The notes under the pieces were generated by a model. It saw nothing but the letters and a program-made list of their open reading frames with translations, ran no database searches and was not told the DNA's origin. From Escherichia phage JS10, in sequence record EU863409: DNA of 64,000 nucleotides. The stretch is one strand, 5' to 3'. The translations under genes and the position numbers were made by a program. Shown one piece after another: positions 37,551-47,481 of this stretch (position 1 is the first letter of the stretch; every line of letters begins with the position of its first letter).

Positions 37551-38070
37551 CTTTAGATTCGGCGCTCTTATCAGACCCTGGCGCTTTAACTAAAGAGGTT
37601 TCATACTGAGTCATTTTGTCGTAAATATCCTGGATAAAAGTTTCATCTGCGATACCTACCATGTCGTCGTCATTGGCGTCATAAACGTTATGGACGAAGT
37701 AGCTGTATTTCTTTGCCATTTCTTTACGTTCTTTCTTGATACGCTGAACAAAGGCATTAAAACAAGCCATAGTGATATATGCATGTGGGTTGTCGTATTT
37801 TGTTTCGTCGAAGTTATGAAGACCTTTAATAGAGGCTTCGATTCCATCAGCAATCATTTCTTGCTTCCAAGATTGGGTATATCCGGAGAAGTTGAAACGC
37901 TTAGAAAGGCCTTCAGCAATGAGCATAATAGCCAAGCCGATAACGTCGTTCTGACGAACTATTTTATTAGGGTCGGTATTTTCTCGGAGTTCCGTTTTCC
38001 ACTGGGTAATGGCTTTCAGAAGCTCCTTATTATTTACATAGTTATTTTTAGTCAGTTTAATTTCGGTCAT
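37513..38070 (-). CDS. 55: late-transcription sigma factor
   Basis: 185 aa; long blocks near-identical to T4 gp55 ([52 protein letters not shown]). Confidence 0.9.
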   Translation of the reverse strand: MTEIKLTKNNYVNNKELLKAITQWKTELRENTDPNKIVRQNDVIGLAIMLIAEGLSKRFNFSGYTQSWKQEMIADGIEASIKGLHNFDETKYDNPHAYITMACFNAFVQRIKKERKEMAKKYSYFVHNVYDANDDDMVGIADETFIQDIYDKMTQYETSLVKAPGSDKSAESKVGELDFLYGTQD

Positions 38071-38136
38071 TGTTACCTCAGATAACTCAAATCATAGGTC
38101 TATTATATCATAGTATTTGGAGACCCGTTTAAAGCA

Positions 38137-38400
38137 TCAACGGAGTAAGCAATAAGCCTGAAATACTGTTTCAAGGATTTGTATGAACTCGGGATAAGAA
38201 ATTGTATCAGTACATCCATGTTCGGACATATATCCGCAAAATTCTTTAAAAAGTTCCGGATAATCCCGATGGTTGTATTTGGAAATATGAGACTTCCATA
38301 CTAAAGAAGTCTCACCACAAACAAACTCAACATCCATACAGTTATCTATTAAGAAAAATCCGAGACCTTCATAAGCGAGGGTGGTGGATATGGGTTTCAT
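38137..38400 (-). CDS. hypothetical protein
   Basis: 87-aa ORF. Confidence 0.45.
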   Translation of the reverse strand: MKPISTTLAYEGLGFFLIDNCMDVEFVCGETSLVWKSHISKYNHRDYPELFKEFCGYMSEHGCTDTISYPEFIQILETVFQAYCLLR

Positions 38401-38663
38401 TGTAGGAATCGAGCTCCTTCTAATGCATCATCAAGATTATCAAACTCATCGACGTAATCAATACCGCCAACTTCATCTTTAGCGTATAGCCAGTACCGTT
38501 TAAATTCATATTCGATAATAAAGTGGTCACCTTCAATCTGGAGAGCCCCATCACCATTAAATTGGACTGCATAACCTGTAAAGCGGACATCATTCAGGAG
38601 TTCTTCTTTCATAGCAATCATTTCCAAGTTTTTATCGTAATTAGAGAGTTTTATTTTAATCAT
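38397..38663 (-). CDS. hypothetical protein
   Basis: 88-aa ORF. Confidence 0.45.
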   Translation of the reverse strand: MIKIKLSNYDKNLEMIAMKEELLNDVRFTGYAVQFNGDGALQIEGDHFIIEYEFKRYWLYAKDEVGGIDYVDEFDNLDDALEGARFLQ

Positions 38664-39031
38664 TTCGCAGCCTTAACAATTTTCAGGTCAACGAATTTTT
38701 TCTTACGCTGGTTCTTCATACGACGGATGGTTTTGTCTGTGATTTCACCCGGATGCCAAGCTTTAGATTCAACACCGAAGGCAGCAACATCAAACTCATC
38801 AAGAATATATTGAACCAGGATTTCACGAATACCATTCTTACCGATTTTTTGGTCTTTAGAATGCATAATTGGTAACAGTTCAGCAACCCATTGGTCAAGA
38901 ACCTGAGGAGTTACAAAGCCAGTTTTCATCAGTTCATTAACTTTATCGAAAGCGAAAGAGTTCAGTACGTTTTTAATAGCTTGTGACATAATAATTTCCT
39001 CAGTTTTAAAATTTATAATCCGTAGGACCAT
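38660..39031 (-). CDS. hypothetical protein
   Basis: 123-aa ORF; may start at internal MSQAIKNV. Confidence 0.45.
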   Translation of the reverse strand: MVLRIINFKTEEIIMSQAIKNVLNSFAFDKVNELMKTGFVTPQVLDQWVAELLPIMHSKDQKIGKNGIREILVQYILDEFDVAAFGVESKAWHPGEITDKTIRRMKNQRKKKFVDLKIVKAAK

Positions 39032-39058
39032 TATACTCTGGTCCCAAGAGTTTGTAAA

Positions 39059-39259
39059 CTATTTTTGTGCTAATGCACCTTTCCAACCTTCATACATCAT
39101 TGCGGCTGATATTAATATTGCTCCTGCGCATTTTGAATATTTGTTATTCCAAAACCAGTTTAGAAAAACTTCGTCATCAATACCTTGAGCTATCATATTT
39201 TCAAAGAATTGACGACGGGCTTCAGCAATTCGTTGTGATAATTTAGATTCAGGATTCAT
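39059..39259 (-). CDS. hypothetical protein
   Basis: 66-aa ORF. Confidence 0.4.
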   Translation of the reverse strand: MNPESKLSQRIAEARRQFFENMIAQGIDDEVFLNWFWNNKYSKCAGAILISAAMMYEGWKGALAQK

Positions 39260-39398
39260 TTAAATTTTCCAGTTGCCGTTTTCATCAATAAATTTAATCC
39301 AGTCATTTACTGACCACTTAGTCGTATCGCCTTTTGGAGCAACATTTAAGGTGTATAATCCTTGTTTAAAAAGCATACGTTTGATATTCATATTTTCC

Positions 39399-39692
39399 TC
39401 AGCTGTAACGATAGCACTCGTTTGATTTACGTTTTGCAACTCGATGAGAAGTATTGTAATCAGGTTCATCGTCGTTGTAAACATCTTTTTTCAGCTTTCT
39501 CACTTCTTTACGAAGTTGGCGATTCATTTCATTCTTAACTTCAGAATCAACGCCACGCATACGTTTCCACTTGTCAGAACGGAAGATATTTTCATTCAAA
39601 GTTTCTTCCGATACGCCATCAGGTGCTTTACGTCTAGCAATGCAATTAAAATCTCTAGATGGCAATTCTTTACGACGGATAGTTTTACCCAT
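39399..39692 (-). CDS. hypothetical basic protein
   Basis: 97-aa ORF, Lys/Arg-rich. Confidence 0.45.
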   Translation of the reverse strand: MGKTIRRKELPSRDFNCIARRKAPDGVSEETLNENIFRSDKWKRMRGVDSEVKNEMNRQLRKEVRKLKKDVYNDDEPDYNTSHRVAKRKSNECYRYS

Positions 39693-39694
39693 AG

Positions 39695-39949
39695 TTACCT
39701 CAACAGTTTGTATCCAATAAGGTTTTTAATGTACTGGATGTCTTTGATATCCAAATCCAACTTAAGGTCTTTCAGACGGTCGGCCAGGGTCAAAAAGGTT
39801 ACATGCTTCCAATTCTTCACTGGGCAGCAATAAGTTTTCGGGCCGTTGGCGATTTCAATATTCTTATCAGTGACGGTAAGAAAAATTAGGCGCTCATCAT
39901 CCAGATTAAGGGTGATGACATTTTTCATTGAATGCAATTTCAGGCTCAT
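39695..39949 (-). CDS. hypothetical protein
   Basis: 84-aa ORF. Confidence 0.45.
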   Translation of the reverse strand: MSLKLHSMKNVITLNLDDERLIFLTVTDKNIEIANGPKTYCCPVKNWKHVTFLTLADRLKDLKLDLDIKDIQYIKNLIGYKLLR

Positions 39950-40138
39950 AATTTAATTTCCTTAGCTATCGAACAAAATACACCACGGTCACAAATCATT
40001 TTAATATTAAGGTCAATTATGGTATACCACACATCCAGGCTAGATATTTCAGTTACTAGAACAGCTTTGCCGTTGATTGAATAATACTGGTTGACTTTAA
40101 TTTCTTTATCTTGGATAGTCATAATGTTCTCCTCGTGT

Positions 40139-40180
40139 GTTGATAGGATAGACTATAACACGTGAGGAGAGGAAGTAAAC
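40139..40180 (-). promoter_or_regulatory. early-promoter cassette
   Basis: gttgataggatagactata...gtaaac. Confidence 0.5.
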
Positions 40181-40181
40181 A

Positions 40182-40499
40182 CTAATCTTCAATTAAATCT
40201 CGGTCATAGCCAAGCTCAATCAAAAGGGATTTGAAGGCAGGAATATTTTCTATTTTCTTATTATCAACAAAGATTACAGGATAGCGTATAGCTAAGCTCT
40301 TGAAGCCAGCACGTTTGGCCAATGATACTATAAGAGGCTTATCATATACTGCGCCTGACGGTGTCTGGTTAATCACAGGATAGAAAGTATATTGGATAGA
40401 AAGGGAATTTAGGAGCGATAGAACTGCAATGCACCCTGGACAGCGCATGACCGTCTCAGGGATACCGTAAATCTCAATTTTAGTTAACTTTTGGTCCAC
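40182..40499 (-). CDS. glutaredoxin/NrdH-like redoxin
   Basis: CPGC active-site motif after KIEIYGIPET; probable GTG start at 40497-40499 with AAGGAG 9 nt upstream; the longer track ORF overlaps its neighbour. Confidence 0.45.
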   Translation of the reverse strand: MDQKLTKIEIYGIPETVMRCPGCIAVLSLLNSLSIQYTFYPVINQTPSGAVYDKPLIVSLAKRAGFKSLAIRYPVIFVDNKKIENIPAFKSLLIELGYDRDLIED

Positions 40500-40776
40500 A
40501 GGAAATAACTCCTTGGTAGTCCCAAGTTTTGATAACTTCGTCTTCATTAGTTCCATATGGGATGTAAATCTGGATAAGGAACCCAGTATCATCAAAAGAG
40601 AAGTAGACGGTAGGTTTAATACCATGAATCTCTGACAGAGCATAGATATCTTTAAGGTCTTCTTCCTTATCTTTAAAGAATTCTGGGTTCAGGTCACAGT
40701 CATGGAAGTACCATTCTTGGCCAAACTTGTCCCAAGCAGCCCAATCAGTAGCTACATACTCTTCAAAACGTTTCAT
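40480..40776 (-). CDS. hypothetical protein
   Basis: 98-aa ORF. Confidence 0.45.
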   Translation of the reverse strand: MKRFEEYVATDWAAWDKFGQEWYFHDCDLNPEFFKDKEEDLKDIYALSEIHGIKPTVYFSFDDTGFLIQIYIPYGTNEDEVIKTWDYQGVISCGPKVN

Positions 40777-41000
40777 TCTTTCACCTTCATCATTTTAGAA
40801 ATAACACTATGAACAGACTGGATTCGTTTTTCGAACTCAGAATCTTCAAGACCCTTTTCAGTACTCAGCGCACCAATCATCACAAACAGCAATCCAAATG
40901 GGATAACCAGGATTAAAAGGCACACAATAAACAGGACAAATGTAATATTGGCCAGGATATCAGAAACAGCATTACGAAATTTATTCATACGATAGTCCAT
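40773..41000 (-). CDS. small membrane protein
   Basis: 75 aa with a central hydrophobic helix. Confidence 0.45.
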   Translation of the reverse strand: MDYRMNKFRNAVSDILANITFVLFIVCLLILVIPFGLLFVMIGALSTEKGLEDSEFEKRIQSVHSVISKMMKVKE

Positions 41001-41094
41001 GTATTAGTTACAACAAATAACCATTGAGCAGGATACTCAACACCCATGCGCCGGATAATATCATTCATAGATTCGGTTAAGGCATAAAAATTAA

Positions 41095-41568
41095 TCATTT
41101 AAGCGATTTCCTCAGTTGTTTTTTAAATGAATCGACCATTTGTTTCTTTGTGTCAGATTCATTATAAGTCATTCCATGTGAAAGCATTTCAGCAATCATT
41201 TCTTCCTTACCTAATCTACTGAACTCTTTGGTTTTATCAGGAACGAAATTAGGATGGATATTGTTTTCAGTATAATCAGATTTCAGATAGACCAGCAAAT
41301 TCTCTAACCATTCGAGGTAGTCAACATTTTGACCTTTAAGACCAGAACGGTTGAACTTATGCTTCATTTGTCCTTCTGCAGCATTGCACAGGTTACATAG
41401 TAAACCACGAACCTTACCAGCTTTTGGCCCGCTCAATTCATGGTCGTGGTCAAGGTGGTTACTTTGAACATCAGGGTTTAATTCACGTTTACAAATCAAA
41501 CACTTACCACATTGTGCATCATAAAGTTTTTGTTTTTCTTCTTTGTATAATTTGCCGGTCAACAACAT
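41095..41568 (-). CDS. 49: endonuclease VII (Holliday-junction resolvase)
   Basis: 157 aa; MLLTGKLYKEEKQK...NHLDHDHEL...GLLCNLCNAAEG near-identical to T4 gp49. Confidence 0.9.
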   Translation of the reverse strand: MLLTGKLYKEEKQKLYDAQCGKCLICKRELNPDVQSNHLDHDHELSGPKAGKVRGLLCNLCNAAEGQMKHKFNRSGLKGQNVDYLEWLENLLVYLKSDYTENNIHPNFVPDKTKEFSRLGKEEMIAEMLSHGMTYNESDTKKQMVDSFKKQLRKSLK

Positions 41569-41603
41569 AATAAACCCTTACCATTATTAGATAAGGGTAT
41601 TTA

Positions 41604-41789
41604 TTATTTTTCAAATGTGCTATAGAACGAACGGTGCAACCGTTTAAATTGACGAATCATCTTTTTGGTAGGACGAGTATACAATCCCACACAGGTGGCC
41701 ATAAACTGGTCAGTAGGGCTTCCTTTGATAAGAAGTTTCCAGACCTTGTCACCGTTTAACTTTTCGGTATAGACTAATGCAGTTTTCAT
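41604..41789 (-). CDS. hypothetical protein
   Basis: 61-aa ORF. Confidence 0.4.
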   Translation of the reverse strand: MKTALVYTEKLNGDKVWKLLIKGSPTDQFMATCVGLYTRPTKKMIRQFKRLHRSFYSTFEK

Positions 41790-42088
41790 GCGACCTCAAA
41801 TTCATTATCATCGTTAGTCCAAAAACACCAGAATGAAGCTTTAGTATCTTCAAACATTTCTTTAGTGTATTCGTATACCTTACCATTGAATTCGATAGCA
41901 GTTACGCCAATGATTCCAGGATTGCCCCATGGAGAAATCTCCACCTTCAAGATTTTAACTTCAGCACCTTCACAGAGCTCGCCTGACTCAAAACCGCGAT
42001 TGCCGTTTAATTCAGGCCAGTCAACATAATGGTCGACATCTTCTTCAGTAATACGAACAGTTTTACCTTCAAATTCAAATAAATTCAT
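41786..42088 (-). CDS. hypothetical protein
   Basis: 100-aa ORF. Confidence 0.45.
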   Translation of the reverse strand: MNLFEFEGKTVRITEEDVDHYVDWPELNGNRGFESGELCEGAEVKILKVEISPWGNPGIIGVTAIEFNGKVYEYTKEMFEDTKASFWCFWTNDDNEFEVA

Positions 42089-42377
42089 CAGAAGGCCTCA
42101 TCAGAAAAGCGGAGTTGAGCTTCAAGCCAATGAATATAATCCGCTGCGGCAAAAATTAAAGCAGATTCTTCATCGGGTAACTTACGAGAATCCGACAATT
42201 CATAAAGCGAATGTTCAATCAGACGGCCTTTATGACGGCCAACTTCAATTTTGGTACTCATATCCAAACTCCATATCGATTAAATCATTGTTTGAAGGTT
42301 CATTATACTCTATTTCGGAATCGTTGTAAACCGGTTCCTCTGGCTCGGTAGTTTCCCACCGAGCGACATACCACGGC

Positions 42378-42686
42378 TTAACGGTCACACCACCAACTAC
42401 TTACTTCAAAATCAGGCTCGCCGTCTTCCCAATACCAAGGGCCGATTGGATGCCAATCACCATGCTCATCTTCTTCAAATTCTTCGGATTCGAGCCCAAC
42501 GTATTGCCATTGGACTTCATAAGCAATGTCACCGATTACAACGGTGTTCTCGCCATATGGGTGAGCTACAACAAAGTCTATACCTTCTGCTTTAGCCAGC
42601 CAAACCATATATTCGTATAGTTTATATTCTAGGTCATCTTCGGTGCCATCACCTAGAAAAATGGTCTGTTCATTTAATTCAATCAT
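42378..42686 (-). CDS. hypothetical acidic protein
   Basis: 102-aa ORF. Confidence 0.45.
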   Translation of the reverse strand: MIELNEQTIFLGDGTEDDLEYKLYEYMVWLAKAEGIDFVVAHPYGENTVVIGDIAYEVQWQYVGLESEEFEEDEHGDWHPIGPWYWEDGEPDFEVSSWWCDR

Positions 42687-42946
42687 TTAAAATATGCTCG
42701 CAGTTGGTCAAAGCCGCCAATAGAAGTTCCATCAGGAGCAAATACCTGAGGCATAGTCAAACCTACTTGAGATTCACGACCAAGAGCAGCCAGGAGTTCA
42801 GCAATCTTCTCATCATCAAATACGCCTTTTTCCGGCATAACGTTAATGAATTCGTAAGGTTGTTTCTTAACATCAAGTAGACGTTTGGCATTATCACAGA
42901 AAACACAACGGTGAATATTTGAATCGTAACCATAAACTTTAAACAT
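42683..42946 (-). CDS. nrdC: thioredoxin (glutaredoxin-like)
   Basis: 87 aa; MFKVYGYDSNIH-CV-CDNAKRLL... near-identical to T4 NrdC. Confidence 0.9.
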   Translation of the reverse strand: MFKVYGYDSNIHRCVFCDNAKRLLDVKKQPYEFINVMPEKGVFDDEKIAELLAALGRESQVGLTMPQVFAPDGTSIGGFDQLRAYFK

Positions 42947-42947
42947 T

Positions 42948-43190
42948 TTAAATTCCTAATACTTGTTTGAATGCTTCAGAACGGTCAAGTTCTGTTCCAT
43001 ATTTTTCTAGGTGTTCGTATTTTAAATCATACACATCAGATAGTATATTATTATACGAACGAGTTAAAGCAGATTTCAATACTGAATAACTGTCCGGGAA
43101 TTTACCATGCTCTTTATAATAAGCCAGAGTAAGTTCGCGGACTGCCTTATCGGCAGCCTCTACATATTCTTTACGCTTTGCCATTTTCAT
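42948..43190 (-). CDS. hypothetical protein
   Basis: track ORF 42948..43367 trimmed to an internal Met to limit overlap with the zinc-ribbon ORF. Confidence 0.35.
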   Translation of the reverse strand: MKMAKRKEYVEAADKAVRELTLAYYKEHGKFPDSYSVLKSALTRSYNNILSDVYDLKYEHLEKYGTELDRSEAFKQVLGI

Positions 43191-43392
43191 CTCGCTCAAA
43201 TCGGTGTTTACAATGGCGGCATTTATACTGAAGCGGATTATGACGCCATTGAACCAACTGGACCTGTTCAGTTCCACATTCAGGACAATTTGGAACATTC
43301 TTAGAAGCTTTTTCACGACGTTCGACAATTTTAATAATTTGATTCCAATCAGGAATAGTTTGGTCAATATCGTCAGCTAATTGGTATTTCAT
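43171..43392 (-). CDS. zinc-ribbon protein
   Basis: 73 aa; CPECG...CRHC. Confidence 0.45.
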   Translation of the reverse strand: MKYQLADDIDQTIPDWNQIIKIVERREKASKNVPNCPECGTEQVQLVQWRHNPLQYKCRHCKHRFERDENGKA

Positions 43393-44399
43393 TTCAACAG
43401 CTCCAGAGCCTGTTCAAGACGGTCTAAACGATTGGTAGACTCTTCCCAAAGTTTCTTGGCAGCAGTATATTGTCCGGTCAGTTTTTTGTTGATAGCAAGG
43501 GCATCTTTATACGCTTTTTCTAAGGCAACGATTTCCGGTAACTTGGATTTAGTAATTGGTGTATGGGCCATGATAGGGCTGTTCAAGTCGTTAATCAAGT
43601 CTTCTAATGTAGCAGGCTCTTTATCAGTGTTCACAATTTCCTCACATTTTTCTTGGTAAATTTCAGCATCAGTTTTTGGAACAGGGCATTTGATTTCGCG
43701 AACTGTTACTAAAACTTCATATCCTTTCCATCCTAAGTGGTGTTTAACTTCTTGGGTCTCATATTTCTCTACTGTATCCATCAAAGCTAAGGCTTGTTCG
43801 ATAGTATTCAAGGTATCGTAAGCAATATCTTGATACTTTACAACTTCCGCATCATCTTTGGGTTTCCTATTTGGTGACCAGATAACAGAAATAAGCACCT
43901 TTCCTTTATAGCCGTTTGTTTTAATCATGCAATTTGCCATAGGATGAATGGTGCGGCTATCACCGGCAACTACTGTTTTAGTGGCGGCTTTGAGGATTAA
44001 TGCAGAGTTAGCCTTGAATTCAGCGGCCCAACGTTGTGGAAATAAACTACTAGGGTCCATACCTTTAATTTTGACATAACCTTTTATGGTATCACCAAAC
44101 CATTTGTAGCTAACAACATGGCTAGAACCTGGGTGTTTCTCTTTGCCAAACTCTGAAAGGATATCCTTATTAACCAACCGCGAAAGCAGTCGAGAACCTT
44201 TAAATGTATCTACGATATCAGGAATAAACAAGCGGCCCGCGATCTTTTCGATTTCAGCTTTGAAACAGCGCGATAATGCATCATCAATTTGGTCTACCCA
44301 TTTATTGATATTAGAAACTATTACCACATATGGGGTTAATGGAGGGGTATTGGCAGTGATATACGTAGTAAAGGCATTGATGTATTCAGTACGAGTCAT
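43389..44399 (-). CDS. hypothetical protein
   Basis: about 336 aa from ATG 44397-44399 (MTRTEY), downstream of the promoter at 44416-44457. Confidence 0.5.
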   Translation of the reverse strand: MTRTEYINAFTTYITANTPPLTPYVVIVSNINKWVDQIDDALSRCFKAEIEKIAGRLFIPDIVDTFKGSRLLSRLVNKDILSEFGKEKHPGSSHVVSYKWFGDTIKGYVKIKGMDPSSLFPQRWAAEFKANSALILKAATKTVVAGDSRTIHPMANCMIKTNGYKGKVLISVIWSPNRKPKDDAEVVKYQDIAYDTLNTIEQALALMDTVEKYETQEVKHHLGWKGYEVLVTVREIKCPVPKTDAEIYQEKCEEIVNTDKEPATLEDLINDLNSPIMAHTPITKSKLPEIVALEKAYKDALAINKKLTGQYTAAKKLWEESTNRLDRLEQALELLK

Positions 44400-44415
44400 G
44401 ATATTCTCCTCAGTA

Positions 44416-44457
44416 GTTGATAAAAGGATTATACTCCATCCATCCTTGGATGTAAAC
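44416..44457 (-). promoter_or_regulatory. early-promoter cassette
   Basis: minus strand GTTTAC-N17-TATAAT (perfect -10), GAGGAG RBS in leader. Confidence 0.6.
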
Positions 44458-44458
44458 A

Positions 44459-45364
44459 TTATTTTAGAGCTAATAGTGCCGCACTGAGCTTGTCACGCTG
44501 GTTTTCCATATTCTTGATGCGGGTCAATACGTCTTGAATACTCTTTTTCTCATCTTCAATCTGACCATTTAAACGGTGGATTGATTCCTGAATGCTATCT
44601 GCATAATAGGTCTCAATAGGTTTCATCGTAGGGTTAGTAACAACCAAAGAATTATCAGGTTTAATTTTCCAATGATACGGTTCGGAATTGAATGGACTAG
44701 GCACAGCAGTGGTTTTGAATTTGTCATAGGCTGCATACTGGCCTACGCTGTCACATGATACTGTAGAGGTAGCGATAGATATACGACGTTCCATTTGTGG
44801 GTCCTTTTGTTGAGATTGATAAGGGGTATAAGACAAAAGATATTCACGAGTTAGTTTAACATTAAAATACACTGCATCGGCTCGCCCAGAACAATCAGCA
44901 TATTCATCGGTTGTAACCTTATATGATTCTACAGCCTTAATACGAGTCATTGCTTCTCTGAATAAGGTTTCGAATGCTTCACGAAGGGCCTTATTACCTT
45001 TTGAGGTAGGACGGAAACGAACTTGAATACCGTCAGCCAGAATATTAATGACTAGGTTACGAGCCGTAAAATTAATATTCTTGATATTAACAGGAACCGT
45101 AGAAATACGTCCTGCAGTGGCCAAGAGGTCTTTGATATTAGCTCGCAATGTTGCACCAAACAGGTGGGCTGGGCAACGGCAATAATCGTTCAAAGAACCA
45201 ATATAAGTTCCTTTACGACCTACACCATAAGTATAATTACCATTACAAATATGACCAAAGTCGGCCAGCCGATCGATAGCGATACGACGAGTCGTGTCAT
45301 GGTCGTATATAGAGTATTCTTTACGTGTTTTAATGTTCATATTAAAGTCCAAATAATTTTTCAT
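44459..45364 (-). CDS. hypothetical protein
   Basis: 301-aa ORF. Confidence 0.5.
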   Translation of the reverse strand: MKNYLDFNMNIKTRKEYSIYDHDTTRRIAIDRLADFGHICNGNYTYGVGRKGTYIGSLNDYCRCPAHLFGATLRANIKDLLATAGRISTVPVNIKNINFTARNLVINILADGIQVRFRPTSKGNKALREAFETLFREAMTRIKAVESYKVTTDEYADCSGRADAVYFNVKLTREYLLSYTPYQSQQKDPQMERRISIATSTVSCDSVGQYAAYDKFKTTAVPSPFNSEPYHWKIKPDNSLVVTNPTMKPIETYYADSIQESIHRLNGQIEDEKKSIQDVLTRIKNMENQRDKLSAALLALK

Positions 45365-45557
45365 AAAATTTAGCGAAAGGCCATGCGATACACATTATAA
45401 TGCCCACTATCCAGAATATAGGCCATACTAGTGTAATGAATACTGCATCATAGCTTGATTCAATTTCGATTGGATTCCAATCACCCGATTTATGAATGAT
45501 AAAGGTCGTCATAAATCCTAGCACAAAGTAAAGGAGAATAAAACCTAAGATTTCCAT
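45342..45557 (-). CDS. small membrane protein
   Basis: 71 aa, two hydrophobic helices. Confidence 0.45.
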   Translation of the reverse strand: MEILGFILLYFVLGFMTTFIIHKSGDWNPIEIESSYDAVFITLVWPIFWIVGIIMCIAWPFAKFYEKLFGL

Positions 45558-45641
45558 ATTAACCTATAATGTTTGAGAAAATTAGCCACAGAATACCTGT
45601 GGCTATGATTACATAACCAAGAACAGCGAGCCATTCCATAA

Positions 45642-46484
45642 TTAATCCTTAAGAAGATTTAGGATATCGATATATTTCTGGCGTTCAGCCTTAGCTTTGG
45701 CATTCAGGCCAGAGAGTCGGAAAATCTCATCATCTTGTTGTTGGATTGTAACATTCAAGCAAGTAAGCAAATTGCTAAAATACTCGATTTGGGCTTGATG
45801 TTTCTCATTGCTGCGCACTGGCACAGGTTCTGGTTTAGGAGCTTCTGAATGCTCTTCAGCCAGGTCTTTAATTTTATAAAGTTTAATACGTTGGCCTACT
45901 CCAGTTTCAGCATCACCAAAACTAAGAACACCGTGTTGTTCTAATTCAGACAGGGCCAAGCGCAGATGGAACTTCCAGTTGTCATATTGACAACCACTAA
46001 AAGTTGAAATGGTATACTCATTTTCATTTCCAGGGTGGTTAACAATATTAAAGATAATCCAATCACCTGAACCGTTAGTCTTAAATGTCATTTGTTTATC
46101 AAGACCTTTTGCAAGGCGAGCACCAAGAGCCAGTAGACGTCGTTGGTTGGCATGAAGGTCTTGAACAACTTCGCCAAATGACATCGCCGGGATTAAACGA
46201 CCGTAGAGGTCGTAGCCTTTGTTATAATTTTTAAGAATAATTTTGGCATTAGCACGAGACAACATACCTGTTTTACGAAGAGTTTTCATGACCCGGTCTT
46301 CTAAGGTAAACAACCCTTTGGTCTTGTCAAAGATTTTAGTGAAGTCATCTTTAACAGTACAAACATTGAACTTGTCCCACATCATATATAGGACCTTTTC
46401 AACCACTTCTTTAGAACTCGGAATACGACCAAATTTAACAACTTTTTTAACTTCAGAACGAATTTGATTAATTGCTTGTGACAT
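45642..46484 (-). CDS. hypothetical protein
   Basis: 280-aa ORF. Confidence 0.5.
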   Translation of the reverse strand: MSQAINQIRSEVKKVVKFGRIPSSKEVVEKVLYMMWDKFNVCTVKDDFTKIFDKTKGLFTLEDRVMKTLRKTGMLSRANAKIILKNYNKGYDLYGRLIPAMSFGEVVQDLHANQRRLLALGARLAKGLDKQMTFKTNGSGDWIIFNIVNHPGNENEYTISTFSGCQYDNWKFHLRLALSELEQHGVLSFGDAETGVGQRIKLYKIKDLAEEHSEAPKPEPVPVRSNEKHQAQIEYFSNLLTCLNVTIQQQDDEIFRLSGLNAKAKAERQKYIDILNLLKD

Positions 46485-46547
46485 AATAATTTCCTCAGTA
46501 AGTAATTAAGAACCTAGAACCATTATACCATCCTTGGTATAAAGCGT

Positions 46548-47072
46548 TTATGCGAGAACCGTCTTTAAACGCTCTTCAAATTTCTGAAGCAGAGCTTGGC
46601 GTTCAGCTCGTTGTGATTTGTACTGCTCGATACGACCTGAAGTGAGGGCGTACTGTTCGTTTACTGATTCCCGCATGAATTCAGGAATCTCTTTACAAGC
46701 TTTGATTTCGTCAAACTTATCAATAACCGCTTGTTGTTCGGCAATCAAGTTATCAAAATAAGCGATATCTGATTTAACGTTTGCCAGGTCAGATTCGGTA
46801 GGCATTAAACGTTTATTACGCTCAGCTTGATAAGCTTGGTTGGTTTCACGACTCCAGTGAAGAGTACGTTTTTTGTTGGTGTTTTTATAGAGCTCTACAA
46901 TACCAACTGAATCGATGATAGCAATCCAGTTCCAACGGTTTTTGTAAATCTCTCCTCCAGATACGGTAATCTCATTACCACAAGCAACATCATTAAAGAA
47001 CTTGCTTTGTTTTTCAGATTTGAAATTACCATTGTTAAAATTAATCAGTGAAAAAATATCTTTAGCGTTCAT
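46548..47072 (-). CDS. hypothetical protein
   Basis: 174-aa ORF. Confidence 0.5.
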   Translation of the reverse strand: MNAKDIFSLINFNNGNFKSEKQSKFFNDVACGNEITVSGGEIYKNRWNWIAIIDSVGIVELYKNTNKKRTLHWSRETNQAYQAERNKRLMPTESDLANVKSDIAYFDNLIAEQQAVIDKFDEIKACKEIPEFMRESVNEQYALTSGRIEQYKSQRAERQALLQKFEERLKTVLA

Positions 47073-47086
47073 GATAACCTCCAGTA

Positions 47087-47127
47087 GTTGATAGGTCTAT
47101 AGTATCATGTCTAATGGAGATGTAAAC
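47087..47127 (-). promoter_or_regulatory. early-promoter cassette
   Basis: gttgataggtctatagtatcatg...gtaaac. Confidence 0.6.
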
Positions 47128-47129
47128 AA

Positions 47130-47471
47130 CTAATAGAAACTTTTTTCACCGGCTTGCCCACTAAACCAGGCGGATTGTGTGTTCTCTTTCCGTTGGTGTT
47201 TAATACGAATAAGGTATTCGTTCCTGATGGCGCAGAGTTCATCTCTGAAGTCGCCTGCCAACTTAACCTGCTTACGGTCTAGATTTATTAAGGCTTGGGT
47301 CTTCGCGGCCAAGCGCAACCTCTTGAAGTCTCCTCCTTCACAACCGGTTTTATAAACCTTCTCAGCGAATTTGTGTTTAGATTCATTATCATAGTCTTCA
47401 ATAGACTGTTTCATGGCATTAGAGTATTTCAACTCTGCTTTTACAAGGTCATAACTAAATTGTTCGAACAT
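47130..47471 (-). CDS. hypothetical protein
   Basis: 113-aa ORF. Confidence 0.5.
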   Translation of the reverse strand: MFEQFSYDLVKAELKYSNAMKQSIEDYDNESKHKFAEKVYKTGCEGGDFKRLRLAAKTQALINLDRKQVKLAGDFRDELCAIRNEYLIRIKHQRKENTQSAWFSGQAGEKSFY

Positions 47472-47481
47472 AATTTCACCT

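Noticed and set aside
43389-47072. Shared C-terminal motif among four consecutive hypothetical proteins (endings like [24 protein letters not shown])
   Set aside because: The similarity is confined to generic coiled-coil heptads (Leu/Lys/Glu-rich) and does not extend into alignable domains
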